64,000 nt of DNA from Micrococcales bacterium (GTDB taxonomy: Bacteria; Actinomycetota; Actinomycetes; Actinomycetales; Microbacteriaceae): positions 34,284 through 98,283 of the forward strand of contig CANGEU010000003.1 in assembly GCA_947452985.1 (NCBI GenBank). Direction: 5' to 3'. The translations under genes and the position numbers were made by a program. This document shows positions 35,165-47,300 of the stretch, piece after piece (position 1 is the stretch's first letter; every line of letters begins with the position of its first letter). The notes under the pieces are model-generated. The model did not search any database. It was not told where the DNA came from and was given only the letters and a program-made list of their open reading frames with translations.

Positions 35165-37471
35165 TTAGAGCTTTTTGATTGGTGCGACTTTCACCAACAG
35201 GCGTTTTACGCCACGAGAACCAAAATTGATTTCAGCGGTCTGACGTGGTGCCACACCACCGATTGAGATGACTTTTCCGCGGCCGAAATCGTCGTGTTCA
35301 ATGCTGTCGCCAACTTCGAGAACTAGCCCCTCGTTGTTGCGTACCGAAGAGATTGCTCCCTTCCACTCGGTCTTTGGCTTTTCTTCACGCTGGCCGTAAC
35401 CCGAGGTGTCGGCGATAGATGGACGGTACTGCTTCGGAGCTCCCCCGCGGTTTGCGCCGGTTTCTCGCCAGGCGATGAGTTCGTCTGGCACCTCAGACAG
35501 GAAGCGGCTCGGCAGCGCCGAATCGGTTTCACCAAAAGTGCTGCGGCTCAGCGCGAGCGAGATGTGCAACTTTTTGCGAGCACGGGTGATTCCCACATAA
35601 AACAGGCGACGCTCTTCGGCGGTTCCGCCAGGAACCAGGAACGACATCTTGTGTGGAAGCAAACCTTCCTCGATGCCGGTCAGGAAGACAACGTCGTATT
35701 CCAGACCCTTGGCGGTGTGCAACGTCATGAGCGACACGGTTCCCGACTCATCGTCGATGTCGTCGGCTGCGGCAACCAGGGCAACCTCGTTTAGGAAGTC
35801 TGGCAACTTGCCTTCGGGGTTGTTGCGTTGGAATTCCTTGGCAACGTTAACCAATTCGTCGAGGTTCTCAACGCGAGCTTCATCTTGAGGGTCGCGGCTG
35901 GCTTTTAGCGCATCGAGCAAACCCGACCGTGACAGCGCCGTTCTCAAAATCTCATCGACGGTCGAAGTTTCGATCATCGCTTCTAGTTCATTTAGAAGGT
36001 CAGCAAGTTGGGTAACCGCGCCGGTGATCTTCGGACCAAAACCCATTTCGCCAACGTGACTCAAAACTTCGCGAACCGACATGTCGTTTTTCTCAGCGAA
36101 CGAGGCAATCTGGGTCTCAGAAGCATCGCCAATGCCGCGCTTCGGGACGTTCAAAATGCGACGAATTGCGAGGTCGTCTTTGCGGTTAGAAATTGCAACC
36201 AAGTAACCGAATGCGTCCTTGATTTCAGCGCGCTCGTAGAACTTGGTGCCACCGACCACTCGGTAAGGAAGGGCCGAGCGAATGAAAATTTCTTCCAGGG
36301 CACGAGTCTGAGAGTTGGTTCGGTAGAAAACCGCGATGTCGCGGTAGTTCACTCCCGAGTGGTGAAGCTCGTTGATCTCATCGGCGATGAACTGCGCTTC
36401 ATCGTGACCCGAATAACCGGTGTAGCCAACGATCTTTTCGCCATCGCCCTTGTCTGACCAAAGGTTTTTGTTTGGGCGGTCAAAGTTGTTTCCGATTACC
36501 GCGTTAGCGGCCTTCAAAATGTTGTTGGTTGAGCGATAGTTTTGCTCGAGCAAAATGGTCTTTGCTCCCGAAAAGTCTTTTTCGAATTCGGAGATGTTGC
36601 GAATGTCTGCGCCGCGGAAAGCATAGATCGACTGGTCGCTGTCTCCCACAACGGTGAGCGAAGCGGGCTGCATGATCTCGCCGGTACGTGGGTCGATGTC
36701 TGCATATTCAGCAGACAGCGGCTTGGTAAGTTCGCGAACGAGTGCGTATTGAGCGTGGTTGGTGTCTTGATATTCGTCGACCAGAATGTGGCGGAACTTG
36801 CGCTGGTACTGGGCAGCCACGGCAGGGAACGCCCTAAATAGGTGAACGGTTTCGCCGATTAGGTCGTCGAAGTCGAAGGCATTGTTACGGCGCAGTTCAG
36901 ATTGGTATGAAGCATAAATCGATGCGATGGCTCGCTGAACTGGGTCTGACGGGTCGGCGTTGCGAGCGAATTCGTCGGCGTCGATAAGTTCGTTCTTGGC
37001 ATTTGAGATAACCGAAGAAACACCGGCCGGAGTTAGCTTGTGAAGATCGGCACCTAGATCTTTGATCAGGCGCTTGAAGATTGCGCGGCTATCGCCAGAA
37101 TCGTAAATCGTGAAGTTCGGGTCGTGACCCAGCCGCTCAGACTCGCGGCGCAAGATTGCAACACAGGCCGAGTGGAAAGTCTTGAGCCAAATGCCGTCGG
37201 CTTCCCCGCCAAGAAGTTCGCGCACGCGGTGACGCATTTCGGCAGCGGCCTTATTCGTAAAGGTGATCGCCAAAATCTGTGAAGGCCAAGCTTCCTTCAT
37301 ACCCAAAAGGTGGGCGATTCGCTTGGTTAGCACCGAAGTTTTACCCGAACCAGCACCCGCCACAATCAGCAGAGCACGACCCCGATAAAGAACAGCCTCG
37401 CGCTGCTGGGCGTTCAAACCCTCGAGCAGGCGTGCTTCATTGAAAGAGCTAAAGAGTTCGGGAGTCGTCAT
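35165..37471 (-). CDS. pcrA: ATP-dependent DNA helicase PcrA/UvrD1
   Basis: 768 aa. Walker A AGAGSGKT and motif II VDEYQDTN, with a UvrD-family C-terminal region. Confidence 0.9.
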   Translation of the reverse strand: MTTPELFSSFNEARLLEGLNAQQREAVLYRGRALLIVAGAGSGKTSVLTKRIAHLLGMKEAWPSQILAITFTNKAAAEMRHRVRELLGGEADGIWLKTFHSACVAILRRESERLGHDPNFTIYDSGDSRAIFKRLIKDLGADLHKLTPAGVSSVISNAKNELIDADEFARNADPSDPVQRAIASIYASYQSELRRNNAFDFDDLIGETVHLFRAFPAVAAQYQRKFRHILVDEYQDTNHAQYALVRELTKPLSAEYADIDPRTGEIMQPASLTVVGDSDQSIYAFRGADIRNISEFEKDFSGAKTILLEQNYRSTNNILKAANAVIGNNFDRPNKNLWSDKGDGEKIVGYTGYSGHDEAQFIADEINELHHSGVNYRDIAVFYRTNSQTRALEEIFIRSALPYRVVGGTKFYERAEIKDAFGYLVAISNRKDDLAIRRILNVPKRGIGDASETQIASFAEKNDMSVREVLSHVGEMGFGPKITGAVTQLADLLNELEAMIETSTVDEILRTALSRSGLLDALKASRDPQDEARVENLDELVNVAKEFQRNNPEGKLPDFLNEVALVAAADDIDDESGTVSLMTLHTAKGLEYDVVFLTGIEEGLLPHKMSFLVPGGTAEERRLFYVGITRARKKLHISLALSRSTFGETDSALPSRFLSEVPDELIAWRETGANRGGAPKQYRPSIADTSGYGQREEKPKTEWKGAISSVRNNEGLVLEVGDSIEHDDFGRGKVISIGGVAPRQTAEINFGSRGVKRLLVKVAPIKKL

Positions 37472-37483
37472 AACTGGTCAAGT

Positions 37484-38293
37484 TTAGGCGAGCCCCTCGA
37501 CATACTTCAGCAGCAGGTCGGGGTGGTCGGCAAAGATTCCGTCAACTCCCGTATCAATCAGGTGATGGAAGTACTCTTCAACCGAATTCTTAGCGAATTC
37601 CACTCGAGCGGTGAAACCCCAAACCGGCAAACCAACATCGTGCGCCCTGGAAACAATCTCGGGCATTCGCTCAATCAACTGAAAATCCACGCTCAAGCCA
37701 TCGTATTTAAAGGCGTTTTCTTCGTCCCACTCTTCAAGTCCATATATAAGAAGAAAACGTTCACCAAACCGCGAGCGCAGGGCTTCCATGGTTGGTGGCT
37801 CAAAGGCTTCAACCATCACGGTTGCCCGATCGGCTATCCCGGTCTCTTCCACAACGTCCGCGAACAGCGAAACGATGTCAATTCCCTGCTTCAAGAATGT
37901 CGGGGCATCCTTCACCTCGAGAATCAGGGTCTTTCCGACCACTAAATCGCTGTTGAGGAACTCTCGCAAAGTTGGAATTCGAAATTGTCCATCAAATTTG
38001 GCAGAACCAGGGCGCCACTGGGGCACCCGTTCCTTAGCTCGTAGGGTTTCAATTTCCGCCAAAGTGAGGTCGATCGAGTGGAAACGACCCGCAAATTCGG
38101 GCCGATCGATAACATCGGTGGTCTCACTGAGGTCAGCTTCGTGACGAAGCACCAACTGGCCGTCCTTGGTTGGCACAATATCGCACTCTAAAGTGTCTAC
38201 ACCCATGGAAATTGCGAGCTCAAACGACTCCATGGTGTTCTCTGGGCGGTAGGCCGGCGCACCCCTGTGGCCAAACACACTAACACCGCTCAT
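37484..38293 (-). CDS. glycerophosphodiester phosphodiesterase (cytoplasmic, UgpQ-like)
   Basis: 269 aa. GDPD motif HRGAPAYRPENT. No signal peptide. Confidence 0.85.
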   Translation of the reverse strand: MSGVSVFGHRGAPAYRPENTMESFELAISMGVDTLECDIVPTKDGQLVLRHEADLSETTDVIDRPEFAGRFHSIDLTLAEIETLRAKERVPQWRPGSAKFDGQFRIPTLREFLNSDLVVGKTLILEVKDAPTFLKQGIDIVSLFADVVEETGIADRATVMVEAFEPPTMEALRSRFGERFLLIYGLEEWDEENAFKYDGLSVDFQLIERMPEIVSRAHDVGLPVWGFTARVEFAKNSVEEYFHHLIDTGVDGIFADHPDLLLKYVEGLA

Positions 38294-38349
38294 GCCTAAA
38301 GAATAGGGCTTTTTTTCTCCCAGAATCGCTTGCTAAACTTATCGTCTAA

Positions 38350-41300
38350 ATGTTTGCCAGAGTATATCGCAGGATACGAGAAATGCGACGTAAGGGGACG
38401 TCCTTTGTCGCGCTCGTGGCGCTACTCGCATCCGCCTTCACATACCTCGATATACCTACCTCAGCAAACGCTGCCATTGTCAGTAGCAACCTCGTTCTAA
38501 ACCTCGACGCCAGCAGCACCTCATCGTTGGCAGCCACCGGCGCCACCGGTTGGAACAGCGTCAGCCCTGCCTCGTCCACCGCAACCTCCTCCTTTTTTGG
38601 TAACGCTGCGAGAGTAACCGACTCAACCGGCGCCAGCATGTCTATGGATGGCACTGGAGACGCAACGGTTTTCCCTGCCGGAACCGCGAGGACCGCCGGT
38701 GCCATGACGGTCGACACCTGGATCAAGCCAGGAAACCTGCGGATTGGTTGGAATGTTTTTGCATCCCGTTGGTTCCCAACTACCGCACGCGGTGGAACTT
38801 CGGTTGACCAGGACTGGCATTTAGGTATTTATGGCACAACTTCTAGCAACCTAAAATTCCAACTAAATACTGGCGCCGGACTCATAACCAGCACCACGAC
38901 TTTCCCAACCACCAGCGCCAACAAGTGGTACCACCTCGCAGTAACCATCGACGCTGCCAACACCGCAACCCTGTGGGTCAACGGCGTAGCAGAAACAACC
39001 CAGGCAAACTTCCCGCACACCGATAACGCAACCGCCCAACTTCACATAGGTGATGTTGGCGATGCGGCACAAAGTTCAGCATTCAACGGAAACATCAGCC
39101 GAGTCCGTATTTACAACGCAGCACTTACGCCTGCTCAAATGGCCCAGAACTTCCTAACCGACAGCGTCAACTATGGTTATGCTCCGGCCAACACAGTTGC
39201 TCCATCGGTCACCGGCACTGCCAAGGTTGGAACCGCACTTAGCGCCACCGAGGGAACTTGGGGCGTCGGCGACGCCGCTGGAACCACAACTACCTACCAG
39301 TGGCAGAGTTCAACGGATGGTTCCACTGGATGGGCCAACATCACGGGTGCAACTTCTGCTACGTATACCCCAGTCACCAACGATGCCCTAAATTTCCTCA
39401 GAGTAAATGTAACCAAGACCAATAGCGGGGGTTCCGCGACCGCAAGTTCGGCAGCCACCGTAAAAGTTCAAACTCAAAATGGAATTTCAATGGTCAGCAG
39501 CGGAAAGCTGACCGGGCTCATCGCAACAGTGCCGAATGACGCCACGATTTACAACGTAACCCTCTCCACCAGTAATCTCTCGGCAACCATGACACTGGGC
39601 ACAACGACCGGGCTTACGGTTGTGCCAGGTTATGCAAGCACCGCAAGCTACATGGCAAGCGCGATAAATAGCGCTGCTCCGATTATCACTTTCCGCGGAG
39701 CCGGAACAGCGATAAATACGGCACTCGCCAACGTTTCCTACACTTCCGCCACAAAACAGGTTGACCTAATCAAGCTCTATTACGCGACAGCTGGGGCAAC
39801 CGATACCGACACCAAGAACTACATCCCGATCTACGACAACGGCCAGCTAACTTTCCACTACTACGCCTACAAGAACCATGCAGCTGCAAAAAACCGCGCC
39901 GACATGGATACTTCACTTGTCGGCCTGACAACCACCGATAACGTTCAGGCGCCTGGACCTTGGTACTTGGTTACACCGCGTTACCAGATTGAGTGGACTC
40001 GAACCTCGGCAATCATCGGCAGTAACACCAACGTTTGGATGGGTGCAACTTCAGCCAATGGCTCTACCGATTGGTACTGGCCAGCGAACACCGATGGCTA
40101 CCCAAGCGCTACCAAGTTTGCCGCAAACGGCGTTGGAAGCAGCAACATCTTTAACGGAACCAGCACAGCATTACCTTATTGTGCGAGTGAGCCTAATGGC
40201 GGGTCGACCGGAGATCGTTCCGGTTTCTTCTACATTTGCGGTGGCAATCTTGGATGGGACGACGTTCCAGTAACCACAACTACGGCGAACTTCGTCATGG
40301 AAACGTATGGAACTGCCCCCTTCAATACAGGCGCGGCAGGCTCACTGGCAATGACCAACAGCATTGTTGCAACGTCATTCGATGCTCCAACTGGTGTTAC
40401 TGCAACGGCAACAGGCGCGGGATCGGCATTCGTCAGCTGGACGGCACCTGCTGCAAACACCACCATCAATCCACTGAATTCACACAAGGTTGAGTACTCG
40501 ACCTCTGCTGCCTTCACAACGTTCAGCACTGCAATTGTGTCTGGCGCTTCTTATTCGTCCACAGTAATTTCCGGACTAACAGCCAACACGCTCTACTATT
40601 TCAGAGTCTTTGCCTATGGCGCAACAGGCGGCCAGCCTTACGGTGTTACCTCGGCGGCAGTCTCAACTACCACGCTTTCCACAGCAACAACAATTACGGT
40701 AGTTTCAACAGGCGGTGGTGTTGCTGGCACCGACTACACAATTTCCAAAGGCACAATTTTCCCGAAGTCTGGAACGAGTGCGAATGTCAATGCAAGTGAT
40801 ATTCAAACCTCTCTGGGATCAATCACAACTCTTTTAGCGGCAGACAATGTCGTTATTTCTGCTCCCATAACTTGGAGCAGTGGCAGCTACCTGCAACTTG
40901 GAAATGGTTCCAGCAGTTCGGTGACCATAAATAAAACAATCACTACATCGGGTAGTTTCTCGCAGCTCATAATTCCACCGACTACATATACTCTCGACGT
41001 AAAAAATGGTGCGAGCATTCAGTTCACCTCCGCTCTGTCGCAGTACTTGACTATTGGCGGAACTTCCTACACGCTCTTGAAGACCGAGGCTCAAATCGCT
41101 GCGCTCGCCTCAACCACGGGTAATTACGCACTTGCCAAGCCGCTAACTTTTGCCACTGCATACACCAGCTCTTCACCAATTTCGGTCCTAAACTTCGCAG
41201 GAACAATTGATGGTCTGGGGAACACAATCAATGGTTTGAGTCTGAACCCAACCACTGCAGGGGGAAACGGTTTCATCCGAAACATTGCAACCGGTGCTGT

Positions 41301-44300
41301 TGTTCGAAACCTCGGTGTAATAAACGTAGACATCAAGCTCTCAAGCGCCAATGCCCTAGAAGTTGGCGCATTAGTTGGTAACTCCAATGGTGGAACACTC
41401 GAGCAAGTGTGGACCACGGGTTCGATCAAGGCGACGCCAGGCGCGACCGTTGGAAATCTCCTGGCCGGTGGAATTTTGGGTGATGCAATCTCGGGAACAA
41501 CCACCATCACAAAGTCTTGGTCGAGTGTAAGCATTGACACTTCAACTGCCACATTCAATTACCTAGCTCAAGGCGGAATCGTTGGTGGAGCCGTTGCTTC
41601 ATACGGTCAGGCCAATACCGGCAATGGAGGAAACGTAACACTCGACCAGGTTTACTCAATCGGTAACCAGAAGTGGACTACGACCGCGCAAACGTGGCAT
41701 GCCGTTGGTGGAATCTTGGGAATCCACTTCTCTAAGGCAGCGATTTCGTTCACCGATGTTTTCTCTTGGTCAAATTTGTCGCACGATGTCGACGCCAATA
41801 ACTACAACTACGGCGGAATTATCGGTGTTTCCCAAACTGGAACCGGTGGCACTGCGTCGACATTCACAAGAATGTACACAAACTATGACACCTGTTCAGA
41901 TAGCGGATCTAATGCTGTCTCGGCTTGTACCAAGAGCGTCGTTCCAGGTTCAGCTGTCTCGGCAATGACCGGCTCAAACTGGACTACAAATGCAACGTAC
42001 GGTACCTACCTAACCAATGTAGCCCCTCCCGTGAAGCCACTTTTCGTGCAGGTCATTGCCCCGGCCGACAACTCGTATTCGGGCATTGCCAACAGGTTCC
42101 TTGACTCAAATGGCACTGCGCAAAGCCTGAGCGCACTCAACCTTTCTGTCACTGGAACACCGGTTTACTCGATTCTGGCGAACGCGGCTAAGGCTACCTA
42201 CCCTTCGGTTACCTACACTTCTGGGTTGGCTCTGGGTGGCACTGCAGCCGCGGCCTATTCAGTGAACTCTTGGGCTGCCGGAACCTCAGTAACGATTAGT
42301 CGCGTGCCTCAAACTTTCACCTGGAGCCCTACTACCTCGATCTCTTTTGGAAGCGGAACGTTCACACCGAGTGCGGCACCAGTTTCATCTGCTGGTTCAA
42401 CCATCAGTTACGCGGTTGCTTCCGCCGGAACTACCGGATGTACAGTGAACCCGTCAACCGGAGCGGTTACCTACACCGCTGCTGGTAGCTGTGCGGTTAC
42501 CGCAACGGCTGCTCAGACCGCCGACTACACCTCCGCGACTGCAACAGTGACTTTCTCAATCGCTGAAGCAGCAGCCGCACCGACGGTCACCACGATTGGC
42601 ACGTCGACCACATCACTACTCGTTTCCTGGACCGTCCCAACAGTTAACTCTTCGGTGGCACTAACCGGTTATCAAATTCTTTACTCAACCTCGGCAGATA
42701 TGTCTGGGGCAACAACCGTAAACACCGGAAACACAAACACCACTCGACTGTTCACCGGTTTAGCCTCTGGAACTACCTATTACTTCCAAGTGCGTGCGGT
42801 TGGTGGTTCAACCTGGTTGGGTGCTGTGAATGCCACAGCCGTAACCGGCACACCTAAGGTGGCCAACACAACCATTACCGTAGTTGCAACTGGTGGCGGA
42901 GTTCTTGGCACCGATTACAAGCTTTCGAATGGTGTTCTTTACACAACCAGCGCGATCGCAAGCGTAAACGTTGCCGACATTCAGACCGCACTTCAGTCTG
43001 GCGACCTCACCATCGCCGCCGATAACATTGTTGTGAACACCGCGATTACCTGGTCTTCGAACCAGACCCTAACTCTCGGCACCACAGCCGTTGGAAGCCT
43101 TGACCTAAACGACAGCATTACTGCGAGCGGAGCCGGTGCAGGTCTGGTAATCGCAGCGACCAATTACAACCTGAAGACCCAAACCGGAGCGGAAATTATT
43201 CTCTCTGGCGCCAGCAGCACGCTTTCCATTGGCGGAAACTCGTACACACTGATTCGCGCGGTTGGCGATCTTGCTTCGGTCACCACAACCGGCTTCTACG
43301 CTCTTGCCAAGCCAATTGCATACAGCGGAAATATTGCAACCTCGCCAATCAACCTAACCTTCACCGGCACCTTCGATGGTCTTGGAAACAACGTCGACTT
43401 AATGCGCATTCGTCCAGTGGCAGATGGCTCATACGGTTTCTTTTCCTATCTAAATGGCGCAACCGTTCGCAACCTTGGAATCACTCGCGCCTGGACCTCG
43501 ATTACCACAGCGGTGAACCTAACCAAGATTTCTTCGGGTATCGTGGCCGGTGAAACTTCTGGAACTACCTCGCTGACCCAGGTTTGGACGACTGGCCACA
43601 ACGACGCGACTATGGGAACCATCAGCCGTTATGGCTCTGGCGGATTGATCGGTAATGCCACGAGTGGAACGCTCACGATTACAAAGTCGTGGTCGGCAGT
43701 CTCGATGAATTCAAACGGGGCAGCAATCACATACATTGCAATTGGTGGATTACTCGGATCTACTAGCGCAGTGGTTGGTGACGCATCAACCATCGCTGGC
43801 GGTTCAGTCGTTATGAACCAGGTGTACTCAACCGGAAATATTTACTGGCAGGTTGGGCCTGGACACCGCGGTTACGGTGGTTTGATTGGTCTTCCTTATT
43901 CAACCGGAACCGTTTCGATCACCGACGCATTTAGCTGGTCACCGATGCGAAATGCAGACAACAACTACGCAGGTCTTTTGGGTGCGCCTGGTGGCGGAGC
44001 GATCACCGTAACGCGCGCCTACACAACCAACACGACTTCAACTTGGACGGGTGGAACGCAGACTCTCACCAGCGTTTCCGCAGGCATCACTTTGGGTGCA
44101 AACGTGGCCAACCTAAACACCGCAAACTGGTCGGCTAGCGGAACCTCAAAGCTAGTAAATCTGCCGGATCCTTTCCGCCCGGCCTATGTTGCGGTGGTTG
44201 CGCCAACCGATGGCTCTTACAGCACCTTAAGCTACATGTTGGTGGATGGCCTTTGGACCTCGACTACCTTGGCTTCGCTAAACGTGACCGCAACCGGCAC

Positions 44301-47300
44301 CCCAACTTACACAATCGCTCCGAACGTTACCAACGGAATCTACAGCGTTGACTATGTTTCTGGACTTACTCTGACCGGCAGCAATGCTCCCTACTACCAG
44401 CTTATGGTTTGGCCAATTTCGACCTCGGTCACCATCAGCAAGCAGAACCAAACCGTGAGCTGGACACCGACCACTTCAGTGAACTTTGGATCTGGCTCGT
44501 TTACCCCTAGCTCGGCTCCGGTTGCCTCCGGTGGAACTACCATCAGCTACGCGCTCTCTTCGGCCGGAACCACCGGTTGCACTGTGAATCCGACCACGGG
44601 TGTGGTCACCTACACCTCGGCCGGAAGTTGCTCGATTACTGCAACTGCAGCCGGCACCTCGTCCTATCTCAGCGCTTCCACTACCGTTTCCTTCACCATC
44701 GCCGAAGCGGCGGCGGCACCAACCGTGACCCCAACTGCAGCAACGACCAACTCGATTATGTTGACTTGGACTGCCCCAACGGTCAACGCCTCGACCTCGC
44801 TAACCGGTTACCAGATCACCTACTCGACTGCGGTTGGCATGACCTCTCCAACCACGATCACCACCACAAACGCCAACACTTCTAGGTTGATTACCGGTTT
44901 GACCACAGGCACCACTTACTACTTCCAGGTGCGCGCGATCAATGGTTCTACCTGGTCTGGAACTGCGAATGCAACTCCTGCGTCAGCTGCGCCAAAAGCA
45001 TCTGCAACCACAATTACCGTGGTCGCATCGGGCGGCGGAGTTTCCGGAACTGACTTCAAGATCGTCGATGGCGTCTTCTACACAACGTCATCGAGCGTGA
45101 GCGTGAATGCTGCCGACATTCAAAACGAGCTGCTCACCAAGAGCGTTGTAATAGCGGCTGAAAACGTGGTTGTGAACAAGGGAATCACCTGGGCTACCAG
45201 CCAGAGCCTAACCCTTGGAAACGCCTCAACTGGCTCGTTAGTCATCAACGACAGCATCACGGCTTCTGGCGCAACCGCAGGTTTAGTTATTGCTCCAACC
45301 ACTTACACGTTGAATGTGAGTAACGGATCTGAGATTATCCTTTCTGGCTCTTCAAGCACGCTTTCAATTGGTGGCACCAACTACACACTGATTCGCAGCA
45401 TTGCCGGCCTTTCGACTGTCGGCGCCACCGGAAACTACGCGCTTTCACAACCACTTGCGTTCTCAAGCACTGCTCTAACTGCAGCGCCAATCACGTCAGG
45501 TTTCACAGGCACCTTCGATGGTCTTGGAAACACGCTTGACGGAATGATTCTGACCGTGCCAAGTACTGGCATGGGTGGTCTATTTGGATCACTGACCAAT
45601 GGAGCCACGGTTCGAAACCTCGGAGTCACCAACGTCAAGATGACCATGGCGAACTCAGCTTCAAGCTACGTTGCGGCTGGTGTGATTACTGCGAACGTCC
45701 CGAGCTCTACTACTGGCACCGTGACTCTGAACCGAGTTTGGTCAACCGGTTTCATTACTGGAGCTTCGGGTACCATTCAACACTTAGCTGCTGGTGGCCT
45801 GGTGGCCTGGGCTCAAGCCGGCACCGTAAACATCAGCCAAAGTTGGTCTTCGGTAAACATCGACGTGTCGTCAGTAGCCACAACTAATCTGGCTGTCGGT
45901 GGACTATTGGGAACCGACGTCACTGCTATGGGTCAGGGCTGGGGCTCAGGTGGTGCAAACTTCAGCATCACAGAAAGCTACTCAACCGGCAACATCAAGG
46001 TAGGTACTTTTGGTTGGGTGGGAATCGGTGGCCTCGTTGGACTCCATTGGAGCTCATCGACAACTTCCATTAGTGACTCTTTCCACTGGGGGTTGTTACC
46101 AACTGGAACTGGAAACACCGGTGGAATATTGGGAGCCAGTGGCAGCGTTTCGACTTCTCTGGCTCGCACCTACACCACCAGCACATGTATTAATGGAGCC
46201 GCCAGCATTGGCTGTACTTCTGGCCAGACAATCGGAGCAACCGTTTCTGGTTTAAACACTTCAGTTTGGAGTTCAAGCGGCGCATCCACTTTGGTGAATT
46301 TGGCTTTGCCAACCCGCCCGCTTTACGTTCAGGTCCTCACCAACACAAATGGAACTTATGACACAGTTTCTTACCAGATCGTTGATGGCAGTGGTGCGGT
46401 TCAAAACGCAGCTGCGCTTACCGCGCTTGGACTATCTGTTTCCGGAACCGCCGCTTACACTCCTTCGTTGGCCAATGCTCCAATTAGCGCGAGCCCTTAT
46501 TCCTTCAACTACTCTTCTGGGCTAACTCTTGGCGGATCAAACGCTTCGCTCTATTCACTTCTTCCTTGGCGCGATGCCACATCGGTAACGATTTCTAAGT
46601 TGAACCAGACCATGACTTGGTCGCCAACCACATCGTTGGCATTCGGTACTGGAACGGTTACCCCAACCGCGCCTACCAGCACCGGTGGCTCAACCATGAC
46701 ATACGCTGTTACCTCGGCTGGCACCACAGGTTGTACCGTCAACGCTTCGACCGGTGTTCTTACTTACACCAGCGGCGGCAGCTGCACAGTCAGCGCAACC
46801 ACTCCCTCAACTGGAAACTACCTACAGGTTTCTGCTTCGGCAACTTTCGTGATCGCTGACCCAGCCACCGCCCCAACCGCGAGCGCAACTACTGCTGGTA
46901 GCGGAATGCTAAACATCGGCTGGACTGTTCCATCAGTCAGCGCCTCGGCCGCCATCACCGGCTACACATTGACCTACTCAACAGCAGCTGCCATGACCGG
47001 CGCCACAACCGTAAACGTTGGCAATACCCGCGGATACCTGCTTACCGGCTTGACCGCTGGGACTACCTATTACTTCCAGGTTCGCGCAGTGAGCGGATCG
47101 ACCTGGACCGGCCCACTAAGTGACGTGGCTTCAGCTACGCCAAACTCCACAGCAACCACGATCAACGTTGTTGCCAGCGGTGGCGGCGTTGCTGGAACCG
47201 ACTACAAGGTAAACGGCGGCGTGATCTCCGCAACCGGAACTGTAAACATCAACGACACCGACATTGAAGGCATCCTGGCAACCGAGGGAACAGTTCAGCT

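Noticed and set aside
38346-38726. 126-aa minus-strand ORF overlapping the 5' end of the giant gene
   Set aside because: It lies entirely antisense to a strongly supported coding region (signal peptide plus LamG domain on the + strand). It has no recognisable motifs. Such long antisense frames are typical of Ala/Thr/Gly-rich genes.
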